Origin: Candidatus Omnitrophota bacterium | GTDB taxonomy: Bacteria; Omnitrophota; Gorgyraeia; Zapsychrales; Fredricksoniimonadaceae | Direction of reading: 5' to 3' | NCBI GenBank assembly: GCA_903959815.1 | Contig: CAJBYM010000109.1 | Coordinates: forward strand, 2,229 to 66,228 | Length of the DNA stretch: 64,000 nt | In this document: piece after piece, positions 18,886 through 28,843 of the stretch | How the letters are laid out: each line of letters begins with the position of its first letter | How positions within the stretch are numbered: position 1 is the stretch's first letter | The notes under the pieces: model-generated | Seen by the model: only the letters and a program-made list of their open reading frames with translations | Databases searched by the model: none | Told to the model about the DNA's origin: nothing | Translations under genes and position numbers: made by a program

Positions 18886-19029
18886 AAAAAACATTATAGC
18901 GAAAAAAACAGGTCTCAACCGTTAAAAACTTGACAAAAGTGCTATAATTCCAATTCTTATACCGCTTCATTCGGAAAGCCCTCCTAGACAATTAGGCCTA
19001 GCGACTCACCGAAATACAAAATTGGAACC

Positions 19030-20697
19030 ATGAAAAGCAAATCATTCGAACCACAACTCATAACTGTTATGAGAGAAGGATACTCGCTCGCCCGTTTTGG
19101 CAACGACCTTCTGGCCGGCGTCATTGTCGGCATCGTATCCCTGCCCCTATCGATCGCTTTTGCAATTGCCTCTGGCCTCAAACCTGAACAAGGTCTCATC
19201 ACCGGCGTCATTGCAGGGTTTGCGATCTCGGCCCTCTCGGGAAGCCGGGTCCAAATCGGCGGACCAACGGGCGCCTTCATCATCATTGTCCTGGGCATCG
19301 TCCAGCACTATGGCTACAACGGACTGGCCATGGCCACGCTCATGGCCGGCGGCATGCTCATTATCATGGGCGTCGCACGTCTGGGTGATGTCATCAAATA
19401 CATCCCCTATCCTGTCACCGTAGGTTTTACCAGCGGCATTGCTCTGGTCATTTTCACAACACAGATCCCGGACCTTTTCGGCATGACCATCGCCCACATG
19501 CCCTCTCACTTCATCCATAAATGGGGGGCCTTCGTGCAGGCTTGCCCGACTATAAATCCCTTTTCCCTGGCCCTGGGGTTCCTGACAATTCTCATCATCA
19601 CCATATGTCCCAGGATCACCCAACGCATACCCGGGCCGATCGTAGCGATCCTTGTCACAACAGCTTTAGTCCATGGACTGAACCTTCCGGTTGAAACCAT
19701 TGCGGGCCGTTTTGGCGATGTGCCCAACCGTTTTCCCACCCCTCAAATACCCCATTTTAATTTTCATGATTTCACCATGCTCATCCAACCTGCCATGACC
19801 ATTGCCCTCTTGGCCGGCATTGAATCCCTTTTATCCGCCGTTGTTGCTGACGGCATGTTAGGTTCGCGCCACCGCTCCAACATGGAACTGATCGCCCAGG
19901 GCGTTGCCAATCTTTTCTCTCCTATCTTCGGTGGGATCCCGGCCACAGGCGCGATCGCGCGCACAGCTACAAATATCAAGAATGGCGGCCGCACACCCAT
20001 CGCCGGCATCATCAGTGCCATCACACTTTTAGCCCTGTTCCTCTTTTGCGGCAAATGGGCCGGGCTTATCCCCATGGCCACCCTCGCGGGCATCCTGGTC
20101 GTCGTCGCCTATAACATGAGTGAGATCCATCTTTTTGGAAAACTCTTAAGAAGTCAACGCAGTGATGTGCTGGTGCTTTTAGTAACCTTCGGATTAACGG
20201 TACTGGTGGACCTGACCATGGCCATCGAAGTAGGTGTCGTCATGGCCGCGATCCTTTTCATGCACAGCATGGCCAAGATGACCAATATCCACCTGATCGA
20301 GGATGACACCAACGGCAGGCCACATGAATACGACGGCGTTCCTGATGGTGTCGAGATCTTCGAGATCAACGGCCCATTCTTTTTCGGTGCAGCTGACAAA
20401 TTCCGCGATACAATCGCAGAGATAAAAAAGAAACCGAAAGTCCTCATCCTTCAAATGCAACACGTACCCGCTGTAGATGCAACAGCCATCAGCGCCTTGG
20501 AAAGCCTAGTCAGCCAATCCCAAAAAGAAGGCACACACATCATTTTCGCCGGCGTTAACAAACGCGTCTTTAAAACACTCAAAAATACCGATCTCATCAC
20601 GAGCGTCGGCATGGAAAACATCCTCCCCGACGTACAACTGGCACTCGCCCAAGCCATCGCCATCATCGAAACTAATGAAGAGCTCGCCGAACGTTAA
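19030..20697 (+). CDS. SulP/SLC26 anion transporter with STAS domain
   Basis: DLLAGVIVG..PLSIAFA, QIGGPTGAF, TGAIART, GPFFFGAA; extended -10 TGCTATAAT at 18940-18948. Confidence 0.93.
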   Translation: MKSKSFEPQLITVMREGYSLARFGNDLLAGVIVGIVSLPLSIAFAIASGLKPEQGLITGVIAGFAISALSGSRVQIGGPTGAFIIIVLGIVQHYGYNGLAMATLMAGGMLIIMGVARLGDVIKYIPYPVTVGFTSGIALVIFTTQIPDLFGMTIAHMPSHFIHKWGAFVQACPTINPFSLALGFLTILIITICPRITQRIPGPIVAILVTTALVHGLNLPVETIAGRFGDVPNRFPTPQIPHFNFHDFTMLIQPAMTIALLAGIESLLSAVVADGMLGSRHRSNMELIAQGVANLFSPIFGGIPATGAIARTATNIKNGGRTPIAGIISAITLLALFLFCGKWAGLIPMATLAGILVVVAYNMSEIHLFGKLLRSQRSDVLVLLVTFGLTVLVDLTMAIEVGVVMAAILFMHSMAKMTNIHLIEDDTNGRPHEYDGVPDGVEIFEINGPFFFGAADKFRDTIAEIKKKPKVLILQMQHVPAVDATAISALESLVSQSQKEGTHIIFAGVNKRVFKTLKNTDLITSVGMENILPDVQLALAQAIAIIETNEELAER

Positions 20698-20700
20698 TTC

Positions 20701-21273
20701 TTATTTTTGAGTCGTAAGCTTACGGAAGACCAAGAATACAGTGTAAAAAATTGCGGCAACAACGACAAGAATAAGACAGAGCTTGGTAAATTTCATCAAG
20801 AACACACCAAAAAGACCCAACAAATACATACGCGGCACAACACCCACCAAGGTACATACCACAAAAGGAACGAACGGGATCCGGGTTATTCCCGAGGCGA
20901 TCGAGAACACTTTAAAAGGGATGATCGGGATCAAGCGCCCTAAAAGGACGCCCCACGCGCCATATTTCTGAGCAAACACATCCGCCTTTTCCAAGCGTTG
21001 CGGCGTGATCAAAATATATTTCCCGAAACGCAGGATGACCGGTAGCCCTACATAACGGCCGATCGCATACCCAACCATAGCACCCAGCGTCGCACCCAAA
21101 GAACCAAAGATCACGATCGATGTCATCGAAATACCGACCGCCGAGGCTGCCACAATAACAACTTCCGACGGGATCGGAATAATAGATGATTCCAGGAACA
21201 TGGCAATAAAAACACCCATATCCCCGTAATTAGAAATAAGGCTCTGAAGCTGTGGTGGAAGTGTTGCTGTCAT
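20701..21273 (-). CDS. DedA family protein
   Basis: FLESSIIPIPSEV, GRLIP. Confidence 0.88.
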   Translation of the reverse strand: MTATLPPQLQSLISNYGDMGVFIAMFLESSIIPIPSEVVIVAASAVGISMTSIVIFGSLGATLGAMVGYAIGRYVGLPVILRFGKYILITPQRLEKADVFAQKYGAWGVLLGRLIPIIPFKVFSIASGITRIPFVPFVVCTLVGVVPRMYLLGLFGVFLMKFTKLCLILVVVAAIFYTVFLVFRKLTTQK

Positions 21274-21328
21274 AATGCTGTTACATTAACGTTTGCCGTT
21301 ACAACTGACAAGCTGAAAAGTATATATT

Positions 21329-22612
21329 CTAAAACCGAGTCTTATACTTCAAATACACGCGATCATCCGGAATCCGGCGAGGCTGAGCCTCAGCATTAGA
21401 ATGCGCCCTCTGCGGCAAAACCTCTTTCTGGGCGCTGACAGTCACATTATCCGTCAGGCGATATTCGCTTTCGATCTTCTGGGTGATCTCCTTTTGCGTC
21501 TCGGGGGTCGCGGCAGAAACTTCAACTCCGTAGCCAACACCCAAACGATCTGAAATATCTTTATTAAACGTAACACCTTGCTTTGTCGCATCCAACTTAT
21601 AAGAAATACCCGATAAACCAAACAATTTTGCCAAATACAAACCCGATCCTCCAAAAAAGAAATAATCCACAAAGTCCCCGGTCATTTCAGGTGTCATCTT
21701 ACGCGTAAGCATAGGTGTGTTCAAACTATCCCAACGCTTGCCCGTCGTCAACATCAAAACAAGTTGCTCCTCAGACAACGGCGGATCTGAAACAAGATGT
21801 ACCTTGGGATCCTTGCGCGTCCCTTTAACCATGATCTCAATGCGTGTGCGTGCAATCATGGCCTCACCCTTGATATCCACCTCCGGATCCCGCACGTCTC
21901 CCGCAAAAACAATACGGCTCTCACCCAAACGCACCAAGGCATGCGGTGCTTGCAACCATCCACGCATAATAATCAAACGGCCATAGGGAACCCATAACCC
22001 GCCGCTACGTTCAAAATAAAGATCGCATTTAACCGGCGCATCATGCAAAACAAAGCCATTCTGCGGAATATGATCCACGGTGAACGTCCCTTGAAGCACT
22101 GGCCGGATAAAAGTCCCGTTCAACACCAGATCCAGATCTTTAAGTTCACCCTGCAATTGCGGAGGATTCCTGAATTTCTTGATAACCCGACGTAAGGCGC
22201 CCAAATCAAGACTGGCAGAATAGACATTAAGATCATACTGACCTGCCTGAAGATCCCCGTTAATAATCACCGGATCTGCTGTGGGGTCGATCACGCGGGC
22301 ATTGATAACGCTCAATTGAAGACCATCGATCGAAAAACGCACCAGGCGCATGCCAAATTCCTGCACACGGATAATGCTGCCCTCACGGAAGATCAATGGA
22401 CGACGGATCTCCATATGAAAAACATGAACACCCCGGATCAAAGATCCTTCCATGCGCTCATAAACCACGTTCCCCGGCCCCAATACCCGGCTCGCCGCAG
22501 GACGAATAATCAGTTCTGCACCCCATGCTGTAAAAAGAATGAACGCGATGCCCACCGCAATAACAGTGACAAAAGCAGCAAGTAAGCTGGCGGCAATACG
22601 GAGAGATCTCAT
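21329..22612 (-). CDS. Short TamB/AsmA-like protein
   Basis: N-terminal TM, beta-rich body, GT..DP.V.L.SDPPLSEEQLVLML.TG, C-terminal YKTRF; start moved to MRSLRIAAS. Confidence 0.7.
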   Translation of the reverse strand: MRSLRIAASLLAAFVTVIAVGIAFILFTAWGAELIIRPAASRVLGPGNVVYERMEGSLIRGVHVFHMEIRRPLIFREGSIIRVQEFGMRLVRFSIDGLQLSVINARVIDPTADPVIINGDLQAGQYDLNVYSASLDLGALRRVIKKFRNPPQLQGELKDLDLVLNGTFIRPVLQGTFTVDHIPQNGFVLHDAPVKCDLYFERSGGLWVPYGRLIIMRGWLQAPHALVRLGESRIVFAGDVRDPEVDIKGEAMIARTRIEIMVKGTRKDPKVHLVSDPPLSEEQLVLMLTTGKRWDSLNTPMLTRKMTPEMTGDFVDYFFFGGSGLYLAKLFGLSGISYKLDATKQGVTFNKDISDRLGVGYGVEVSAATPETQKEITQKIESEYRLTDNVTVSAQKEVLPQRAHSNAEAQPRRIPDDRVYLKYKTRF

Positions 22613-22619
22613 GGTATTC

Positions 22620-23537
22620 TTATTTTGGTTCAGGATGGACCGTAACATCAGCATCCGGACAGACTGCTTCAACAGCTTTCTCGATGATCTCAGTAAGGTT
22701 GTGAGCCTCATGCAGGGGCATACTTCCGTCAACCAGAACATGCAGATCAACAAAAACCTGCGGCCCGGATGAACGAACACGCACATGATGGCAGTTAAAC
22801 ACTCCGGGAACTTTCTCAGCTGCGGCAATGACTTTTTGCTCCACACCTTCAGGTGCCGCATCCAGTAAGGCAGCGACCGTACGCACACCTAATTTCCAGC
22901 TGATCTGAATAACGATAAGGCCGACCACCAATGCCGCCACAGCGTCGGCGTAATGCAGCCAATTCCCATTAGGAATAAATCCGCTCAGACTCACACACAA
23001 AAGCCCCAGAATAACAACCGCCGAGCTCCAGATATCCGTTGAAAAATGCAGGGCATCGGCTTCAAGTGCCTGGCTATTATATTTCTTGGCAGCGTGATGC
23101 AACATGCGTGAACGTGAAATGTCAACCACAATAGAAATGCCCATAACAGCGAATGACCAGAACGTAACCTCAACATCCACCTTGCCGGAAAGGATGCGCT
23201 TGATCGCCTCATGCCCGATCCAGCCACACGTAATCAAAAGAAGAACGGTTTCAAATAACGCCGAGAGATTCTCGACTTTACCATGTCCATAACGATGTTC
23301 ACGATCAGCCGGCTTGGCAGATTCACGCACCGCGAACCAGGTCACAACGGCCGCGACCATGTCCAGCGCCGAATGCGCCGCTTCAGCAAGAATACCCAAG
23401 CTTCCGGTCATCATGCCTACAATGACCTTCATAGTCACAAGAAAAAATGCTGCAACAACGGACGTCTTGGCCGCATGCTGTTTTTCATGATCCCCGTCAA
23501 TAAAAACCCTGGGCTTCTTGTTAAAACACAACATCAT
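22620..23537 (-). CDS. Cation diffusion facilitator (FieF-like)
   Basis: AEAAHSALD, H.YGHGK.E, ADALHFSTD, VHPEP; start at 23537 (TAATG overlap). Confidence 0.9.
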   Translation of the reverse strand: MMLCFNKKPRVFIDGDHEKQHAAKTSVVAAFFLVTMKVIVGMMTGSLGILAEAAHSALDMVAAVVTWFAVRESAKPADREHRYGHGKVENLSALFETVLLLITCGWIGHEAIKRILSGKVDVEVTFWSFAVMGISIVVDISRSRMLHHAAKKYNSQALEADALHFSTDIWSSAVVILGLLCVSLSGFIPNGNWLHYADAVAALVVGLIVIQISWKLGVRTVAALLDAAPEGVEQKVIAAAEKVPGVFNCHHVRVRSSGPQVFVDLHVLVDGSMPLHEAHNLTEIIEKAVEAVCPDADVTVHPEPK

Positions 23538-24730
23538 TAAATCTTTCCGATAAACTGTTTCCCATATTCTATGCACCGCTCGATCGCCCCTGCATCCGGC
23601 TCCCACAGATTCTTGATGCCTTCATCCACAACCTCAAAACCAATATCCCTGAGCGTATCATTCAAACGCTTCTGTGCTTCTCCGGACCAGCCGTAACAGC
23701 CAAACGCCGCCGATTTCTTGCCTTTGAATGAAAGCCCGCGCATTTCTTCAAGAAAAGCACCGACAGATGACAGCGCGCATTTATTGTGCGAAGGAGAACC
23801 TACCAGCACCGCCTTAGAACGGAACACCTCGGTCGCCACATCATTCTTGTCAGACTTAGCAAGATTCATCACATTCACAACAACCTTTGGATCCGCCAAA
23901 CGAATACCTTTGGCGATCTCTTCTGCCATCACCCGCGTACCACCCCAGATCGTGTCGTAAACGATCGCAACACGATTTTCCTGATACATATTGGCCCACG
24001 CCGTATATTTCTCCATAGCCTTAGGTACATCCGCCCCGCGCCAGCACGCACCATGGCTCGGACAGATCATATCGATCGGAAGGCTAAGCGTCTTCAACTC
24101 TTTTAATTTTGCATCAACAGACTTTCCCCACGGGGCAATGATATTTGCATAATACTTCATGTCCTCTTCCCACAGGATCCACGGATCAACCAGATCCGCC
24201 CAGACAAGATCTGTGGCCAGATGCTGGCCGAATGCGTCTGTTGAAAAAAGAATATTATCACCCGTAAGATATGTGAACATGGTGTCCGGCCAATGGAGCA
24301 TGGCCGCCTCAATGAACATGAGCTTCTTGCCATGGCCAATATCCAGCGTATCCCCCGTTCTCACGGGCTTGAAATTCCAATCCTGATGAAAATGGCCTTT
24401 AAGCGATTTCACACCGTTATGCGTACAGTAAACCGGAACATGCGGAATAAGCGCGATCAGATCCTTGAGCGCACCTGTATGGTCGATCTCAGCATGATTA
24501 ACAACAATGGCATCGATCTTCTGGATATCAACCGTCTGGGAAAGCTCACGCAAGAACTCCTCGGTGAAAGGACTCCATACGGTATCGATCAAAACGGTTT
24601 TTTCTTCACGGATCAAATACGCGTTATAATTCGTACCATAATGCGTCGAAAGCTCATCGCCATGGAACATGCGAAGCTCCCAATCCACCTTACCCACCCA
24701 ATGAACATTATTCTTGATCAATCTGGCCAT
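23537..24730 (-). CDS. fprA: Flavodiiron protein (A-type flavoprotein)
   Basis: NHAEIDH, HWPD, DAFGQH, PSHG, flavodoxin domain FGCYGWSG. Confidence 0.92.
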   Translation of the reverse strand: MARLIKNNVHWVGKVDWELRMFHGDELSTHYGTNYNAYLIREEKTVLIDTVWSPFTEEFLRELSQTVDIQKIDAIVVNHAEIDHTGALKDLIALIPHVPVYCTHNGVKSLKGHFHQDWNFKPVRTGDTLDIGHGKKLMFIEAAMLHWPDTMFTYLTGDNILFSTDAFGQHLATDLVWADLVDPWILWEEDMKYYANIIAPWGKSVDAKLKELKTLSLPIDMICPSHGACWRGADVPKAMEKYTAWANMYQENRVAIVYDTIWGGTRVMAEEIAKGIRLADPKVVVNVMNLAKSDKNDVATEVFRSKAVLVGSPSHNKCALSSVGAFLEEMRGLSFKGKKSAAFGCYGWSGEAQKRLNDTLRDIGFEVVDEGIKNLWEPDAGAIERCIEYGKQFIGKI

Positions 24731-24766
24731 AATATCCCCCTCTTTAGGGTATGAGTCGAAATGCTT

Positions 24767-24786
24767 AAATATTGATTACAATATTT
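24767..24786. promoter_or_regulatory. Palindromic operator candidate upstream of fprA
   Basis: AAATATTG-ATTA-CAATATTT perfect 8-4-8 inverted repeat. Confidence 0.4.
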
Positions 24787-24851
24787 TAATAAGATATTCA
24801 GTTTTTACAGTATCCACACATGAAAGTCAATCGAATTCAACGTTGAACAAT

Positions 24852-24880
24852 AAAAAAGCCCTTGGAAACCAAGGGCTTTT
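24852..24880 (-). terminator. Intrinsic terminator after the DEAD-box helicase
   Basis: AAAAAAGCCCTTGG-AAA-CCAAGGGCTTTT. Confidence 0.85.
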
Positions 24881-24905
24881 GAACTTCAGCTTGATGAGAT
24901 AACAA

Positions 24906-26147
24906 TTAACGGAACCGACGACGCCCGCCGCGCGCGAACGACTTGTTCACGAAACTGCGGCCACCGCCACCTGTTGGCCTGCGGCCTGACCCTGCCGCCG
25001 GAGCACGATAAAGCGTATGTGTTTCAACTTCAGGATGCTGCGCCAACGTGATCTGCGAACGCACAATGCGCTCAATAGCCTGCACCTGATCTGCCTGATC
25101 CGGTGTCGCGATCGAAATGGCGCGGCCTTCCATACCCGCACGGCCTGTACGGCCAATGCGATGCACGTAATTTTCAGCGTCATCCGGCAAGTCAAAGTTA
25201 ATGACAAGCTCGATGCCCTTAACGTCGATACCACGTGCGGCAATATCTGTCGCCACAAGCACGCGATAACGCCCGACCTTGAAACCTTCAAGTGCAGCGC
25301 GGCGCTGGGACAAAGACTTATCCGAATGGATCTCAGCGACGCTATGGCCCATCTGTTTGATATCACGATTGAGCTTGTGCGCCCCGTGCTTGGTGCGCGA
25401 GAACAAAAGCACTGATCCACGGTATTGGCCAAGAAGTTTGGCGAGAAGAACTGTTTTCATCTCACGCTTCACCACAAAGATTTCCTGGACCACGCGCTCG
25501 GCAGCCGTGCCCTGGGGTGCGACCTCGATGTTGATCGGAAGCTTCATGTGACGCGACGCCATGGTCATGATATCCCGCGGCATTGTTGCCGAAAAAAGCA
25601 TGGTCTGACGATCTTTAGTAACCTGCTGCAAGATCTGTTCGATCTGCGGTGCAAAACCCATGTCGAACATACGATCCGCTTCATCAAGGACCAAAATACG
25701 CGTCGTATTCAAACGCACAGTTCCACGCTGCATATGATCAATGAGACGACCCGGTGTGGCAATGAGGATACGTGCGCCTCTCTTGATGGCACGCAACTGT
25801 TCTTCCATCGAAGCGCCGCCGATAAGAACCGCCGTCCTTAAACCAAAAGGCACACCGACTTTCTCAATGGTTTCTTCGACCTGGATCGCGAGCTCACGGG
25901 TGGGCACAACGATAAGGCCGTTACCTGGCGCCTGCGCGAGACGCTGGACCATGGGGATCGCAAAAGCAAGGGTCTTTCCCGTGCCGGTCTGCGCAATACC
26001 CATAATGTCCTTGCCTTCAACAGCAAGAGGAATGGCCTTATGCTGAATCGGTGTCGGGACCTTGAACTTCATACGGTCCAAAACCTCGAGAACCTTAGGC
26101 GCAATGCCAAGCCCATAAAACGTTGTTGGTACATTTGTGTTAGTCAT
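24906..26147 (-). CDS. DEAD-box RNA helicase (RhlE-like)
   Basis: Q motif, AQTGTGKT, DEADRM, SAT, HRIGRTGR. Confidence 0.95.
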   Translation of the reverse strand: MTNTNVPTTFYGLGIAPKVLEVLDRMKFKVPTPIQHKAIPLAVEGKDIMGIAQTGTGKTLAFAIPMVQRLAQAPGNGLIVVPTRELAIQVEETIEKVGVPFGLRTAVLIGGASMEEQLRAIKRGARILIATPGRLIDHMQRGTVRLNTTRILVLDEADRMFDMGFAPQIEQILQQVTKDRQTMLFSATMPRDIMTMASRHMKLPINIEVAPQGTAAERVVQEIFVVKREMKTVLLAKLLGQYRGSVLLFSRTKHGAHKLNRDIKQMGHSVAEIHSDKSLSQRRAALEGFKVGRYRVLVATDIAARGIDVKGIELVINFDLPDDAENYVHRIGRTGRAGMEGRAISIATPDQADQVQAIERIVRSQITLAQHPEVETHTLYRAPAAGSGRRPTGGGGRSFVNKSFARGGRRRFR

Positions 26148-26354
26148 TTCTTGATTCTTCTTTCTTGTTCTTATTTTTTAATTTTTTGTACCTTGCACAC
26201 ATCTGGACACAACAATACGCCAGTTATGCTGTCTTAAAATAGATGCAAGATTCAATTCGAAGGTAATGAGGAGGTGTTCGGAGGTGGGAAACTCGTGTCC
26301 TAATCGCTACCTTAACGCGCACATCCTCCCTTATTCTCCCCAAAATGTCAATGA

Positions 26355-27710
26355 TTATCTTTGACCCACCCCGGAATCAGGATTATCACCCTTCAAAAGT
26401 CTAACAGCCACAACACGTTCCAAAAGAGACCCGCGGGAAGATCCTTCCCCCAGGGAAAGATCGCTCACAACCACCCGGCCTAAAACAGTGGCCACATCCC
26501 CTTGGGGCCCTTTCTCGCGATAAGCCCAGATCGCATGAATGGCATAAAGACGGTCCTTAACCTGACCTAAATAAAGCATAATATGCCCTTTAAGCCGCAG
26601 CAGAACAAGCCCTCCAAGCCCCTGACTAGAGATCAGCTCCAACTTTTCTTTTAAAGAAGCGCCCGCATTAAACTCAGCCAACGACAAACCCGATCGTGCC
26701 TGTTCTGTAGAATTGCGCGGCAGATCCAGCCCCATGGTCGCAAACACCATATGAATAAAACGCGAACAATCCTGATCGCCATGCATATCGCCCCAACCAT
26801 AAGGCGCATCCAGCAATTTAAAAGCCTGCGTGATCACAATCCTGGGCGTATACGGAAGAAAGCCCCTCATAATATCTGTGGGCAAGATAAAACCACTGAC
26901 AAAACGTGCGGTCCCATCCGAATGACGTAAGGGGTACACAATCTCCATAAAACCACGACCCGCTCGCTTAATGACAAAGCGCGATCCCATGCGCGCCACC
27001 GCCACCGCCTTAACCATCGTCGCATCCAAATAGATCGCTGTACGCGCCGCGGTCACGACCGCCATATTCTTCCCCGTTACACTTCTCAACCAGGTTGACT
27101 TATCGCAAAAAGCAATCTCCTCGCGCTTGACCCAACCCGAAGAAATCCCATCTTTGACATACAACCACGATCCATCTGCGCTTTCATGCAAAACAACCAA
27201 GGGAGTCGCCGGATCAAGGCCACTGTTTTGAACCTGGTCAAAATTCACATCCCCCGGCTTATCATAAAGCGGATCATCCGTTGGCAAGAGACGTTGATTC
27301 GTAAAGGCAGATGTGAACGCATACCTGACCCGCACCTGATTTCCCAGAACATCCAGTGCCATGTTCTCGGTCCATGTCGCATAAAGATCCGGCCCTGCAT
27401 TATGACCATCCCGATCAAAAAGTTTCAACACACTCAAATTCATGGCCAGGCCTTCGATCTCCATCTTAAGCTTTTCTCCTGGCCATACAGACGGAAAAAT
27501 ACTCAGATCATCACATAAACCCTGGGCATAAAGCCCTTGATTGAAGGCTACAATCCCTTGAGGATCCATGACAACCCTGTCCGGCAAAGACTGCTGTTGG
27601 ATCCAGTAACCAGGCTCACGCATCGAGGCTGTGACATAAGGAACATCAGCCGCATGGGCGATACGTGCGCTAACAAGAATTATGAAAAGAATCGGCAAAA
27701 TTGTCCGCAT
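26355..27710 (-). CDS. Exported SH3-NlpC/P60 peptidase (YkfC-like)
   Basis: Signal peptide; PYGWG..DCS (Cys), GHIMLYLG (His), IHA (His). Confidence 0.85.
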   Translation of the reverse strand: MRTILPILFIILVSARIAHAADVPYVTASMREPGYWIQQQSLPDRVVMDPQGIVAFNQGLYAQGLCDDLSIFPSVWPGEKLKMEIEGLAMNLSVLKLFDRDGHNAGPDLYATWTENMALDVLGNQVRVRYAFTSAFTNQRLLPTDDPLYDKPGDVNFDQVQNSGLDPATPLVVLHESADGSWLYVKDGISSGWVKREEIAFCDKSTWLRSVTGKNMAVVTAARTAIYLDATMVKAVAVARMGSRFVIKRAGRGFMEIVYPLRHSDGTARFVSGFILPTDIMRGFLPYTPRIVITQAFKLLDAPYGWGDMHGDQDCSRFIHMVFATMGLDLPRNSTEQARSGLSLAEFNAGASLKEKLELISSQGLGGLVLLRLKGHIMLYLGQVKDRLYAIHAIWAYREKGPQGDVATVLGRVVVSDLSLGEGSSRGSLLERVVAVRLLKGDNPDSGVGQR

Positions 27711-28843
27711 AAGATCCCAAAGTATGTTCCCACGATATTGCCCAGGATCGCTAAAAGCAGCCCGACCGAAGCAAGTCCCGGCTCATAGACCGCAGCCACA
27801 ACCGGAGCAGAAGCCACGCCCCCTACATTGGCCTGACTGGCCGCTGCCACCAGGAAAAGCGGTGCGCGTAAAAGGCTGGCCCCTGCCAAAAGAAAACCGG
27901 CGTGCACAAAAATGATCAGGAAGCCTGCTGCAATAAGAATGAACGCCGACCCGACATTGCTGATGCTCGCCTTGGCCCCAATAGCGGTCAAAACAAAATA
28001 AAGAATGTAATACCCGATCTTCGATGCACCGGCCTTCTCTATACGACGGACAGATGTCAACGAAAGTAAGATCCCCAGCATGGACACCACAATGATCGTC
28101 CAGGCATACGGCGAAACAATATCTTTCACGACCGGAAGTCTCGTGCCTATATCTTTAGCCAGCAAACTTCCAACTATGGCAAACGCAAGAACGCTCACCA
28201 CACCACCCGGTGTCAAGCGCACAGTAACGACATCAACCTTCGCGCGCCTGGCCAGATCATCCACAACCTTACGATCCGAACGGTTCCAACGATCAAAACC
28301 CGCCTGCACTCCGACGCACGCAATGAGCATGCCCATCCACACATACGGCACAACCGTATCCACAATGACCATGGGGGCAAAAACCCTGTCCGGCACAGCC
28401 AGCGCTTCTTTGACCGCGATCATATTGGCACTGCCCCCGGTCCATGACGCCGATAAAGCCCCGAACCCGGCCCAGAACTCCGCTCCTACCATATTTTTAA
28501 ACAGACAAAAAGACACGACCGTACCGGCCATGATCCCCGCGCTTCCAATAAAGAACATGGCCAACGCCATACCGCCGAGCTGGATGATCGCCTTCAGATC
28601 GATGACAACTAAAAGTAAGAACAAACTCGCTGGCAAAAGATAGGTTGTGATCATCGACAAGACAGGCGCGCCTGGATCGAGGACACCGGCTGTCGCGGCT
28701 AACATCGGAAGAAAATAGATCCAAAAAACTGGCGGAATAAAATTAAACCACCCACGCGTGCGCTCGTGTTGACTTAAGAACAGTACCAGAACTTCAATGG
28801 CCAAAAGGATAACAATAATAAGGAAGGGGTCATGGATCATCAT
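27680..28843 (-). CDS. DUF819 family membrane protein
   Basis: SWTGGSANMIAV, SQANVGG.ASAP, about 11 hydrophobic segments. Confidence 0.85.
   Translation of the reverse strand: MMIHDPFLIIVILLAIEVLVLFLSQHERTRGWFNFIPPVFWIYFLPMLAATAGVLDPGAPVLSMITTYLLPASLFLLLVVIDLKAIIQLGGMALAMFFIGSAGIMAGTVVSFCLFKNMVGAEFWAGFGALSASWTGGSANMIAVKEALAVPDRVFAPMVIVDTVVPYVWMGMLIACVGVQAGFDRWNRSDRKVVDDLARRAKVDVVTVRLTPGGVVSVLAFAIVGSLLAKDIGTRLPVVKDIVSPYAWTIIVVSMLGILLSLTSVRRIEKAGASKIGYYILYFVLTAIGAKASISNVGSAFILIAAGFLIIFVHAGFLLAGASLLRAPLFLVAAASQANVGGVASAPVVAAVYEPGLASVGLLLAILGNIVGTYFGILCGQFCRFFS

Noticed and set aside
18948-19027. Possible riboswitch in the sulP leader (TTCCAATT/AATTGGAA, TTCGG/CCGAA)
   Set aside because: The outer 5' arm overlaps the -10 box and predicted +1, so it would not be transcribed. 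No known aptamer consensus is visible.
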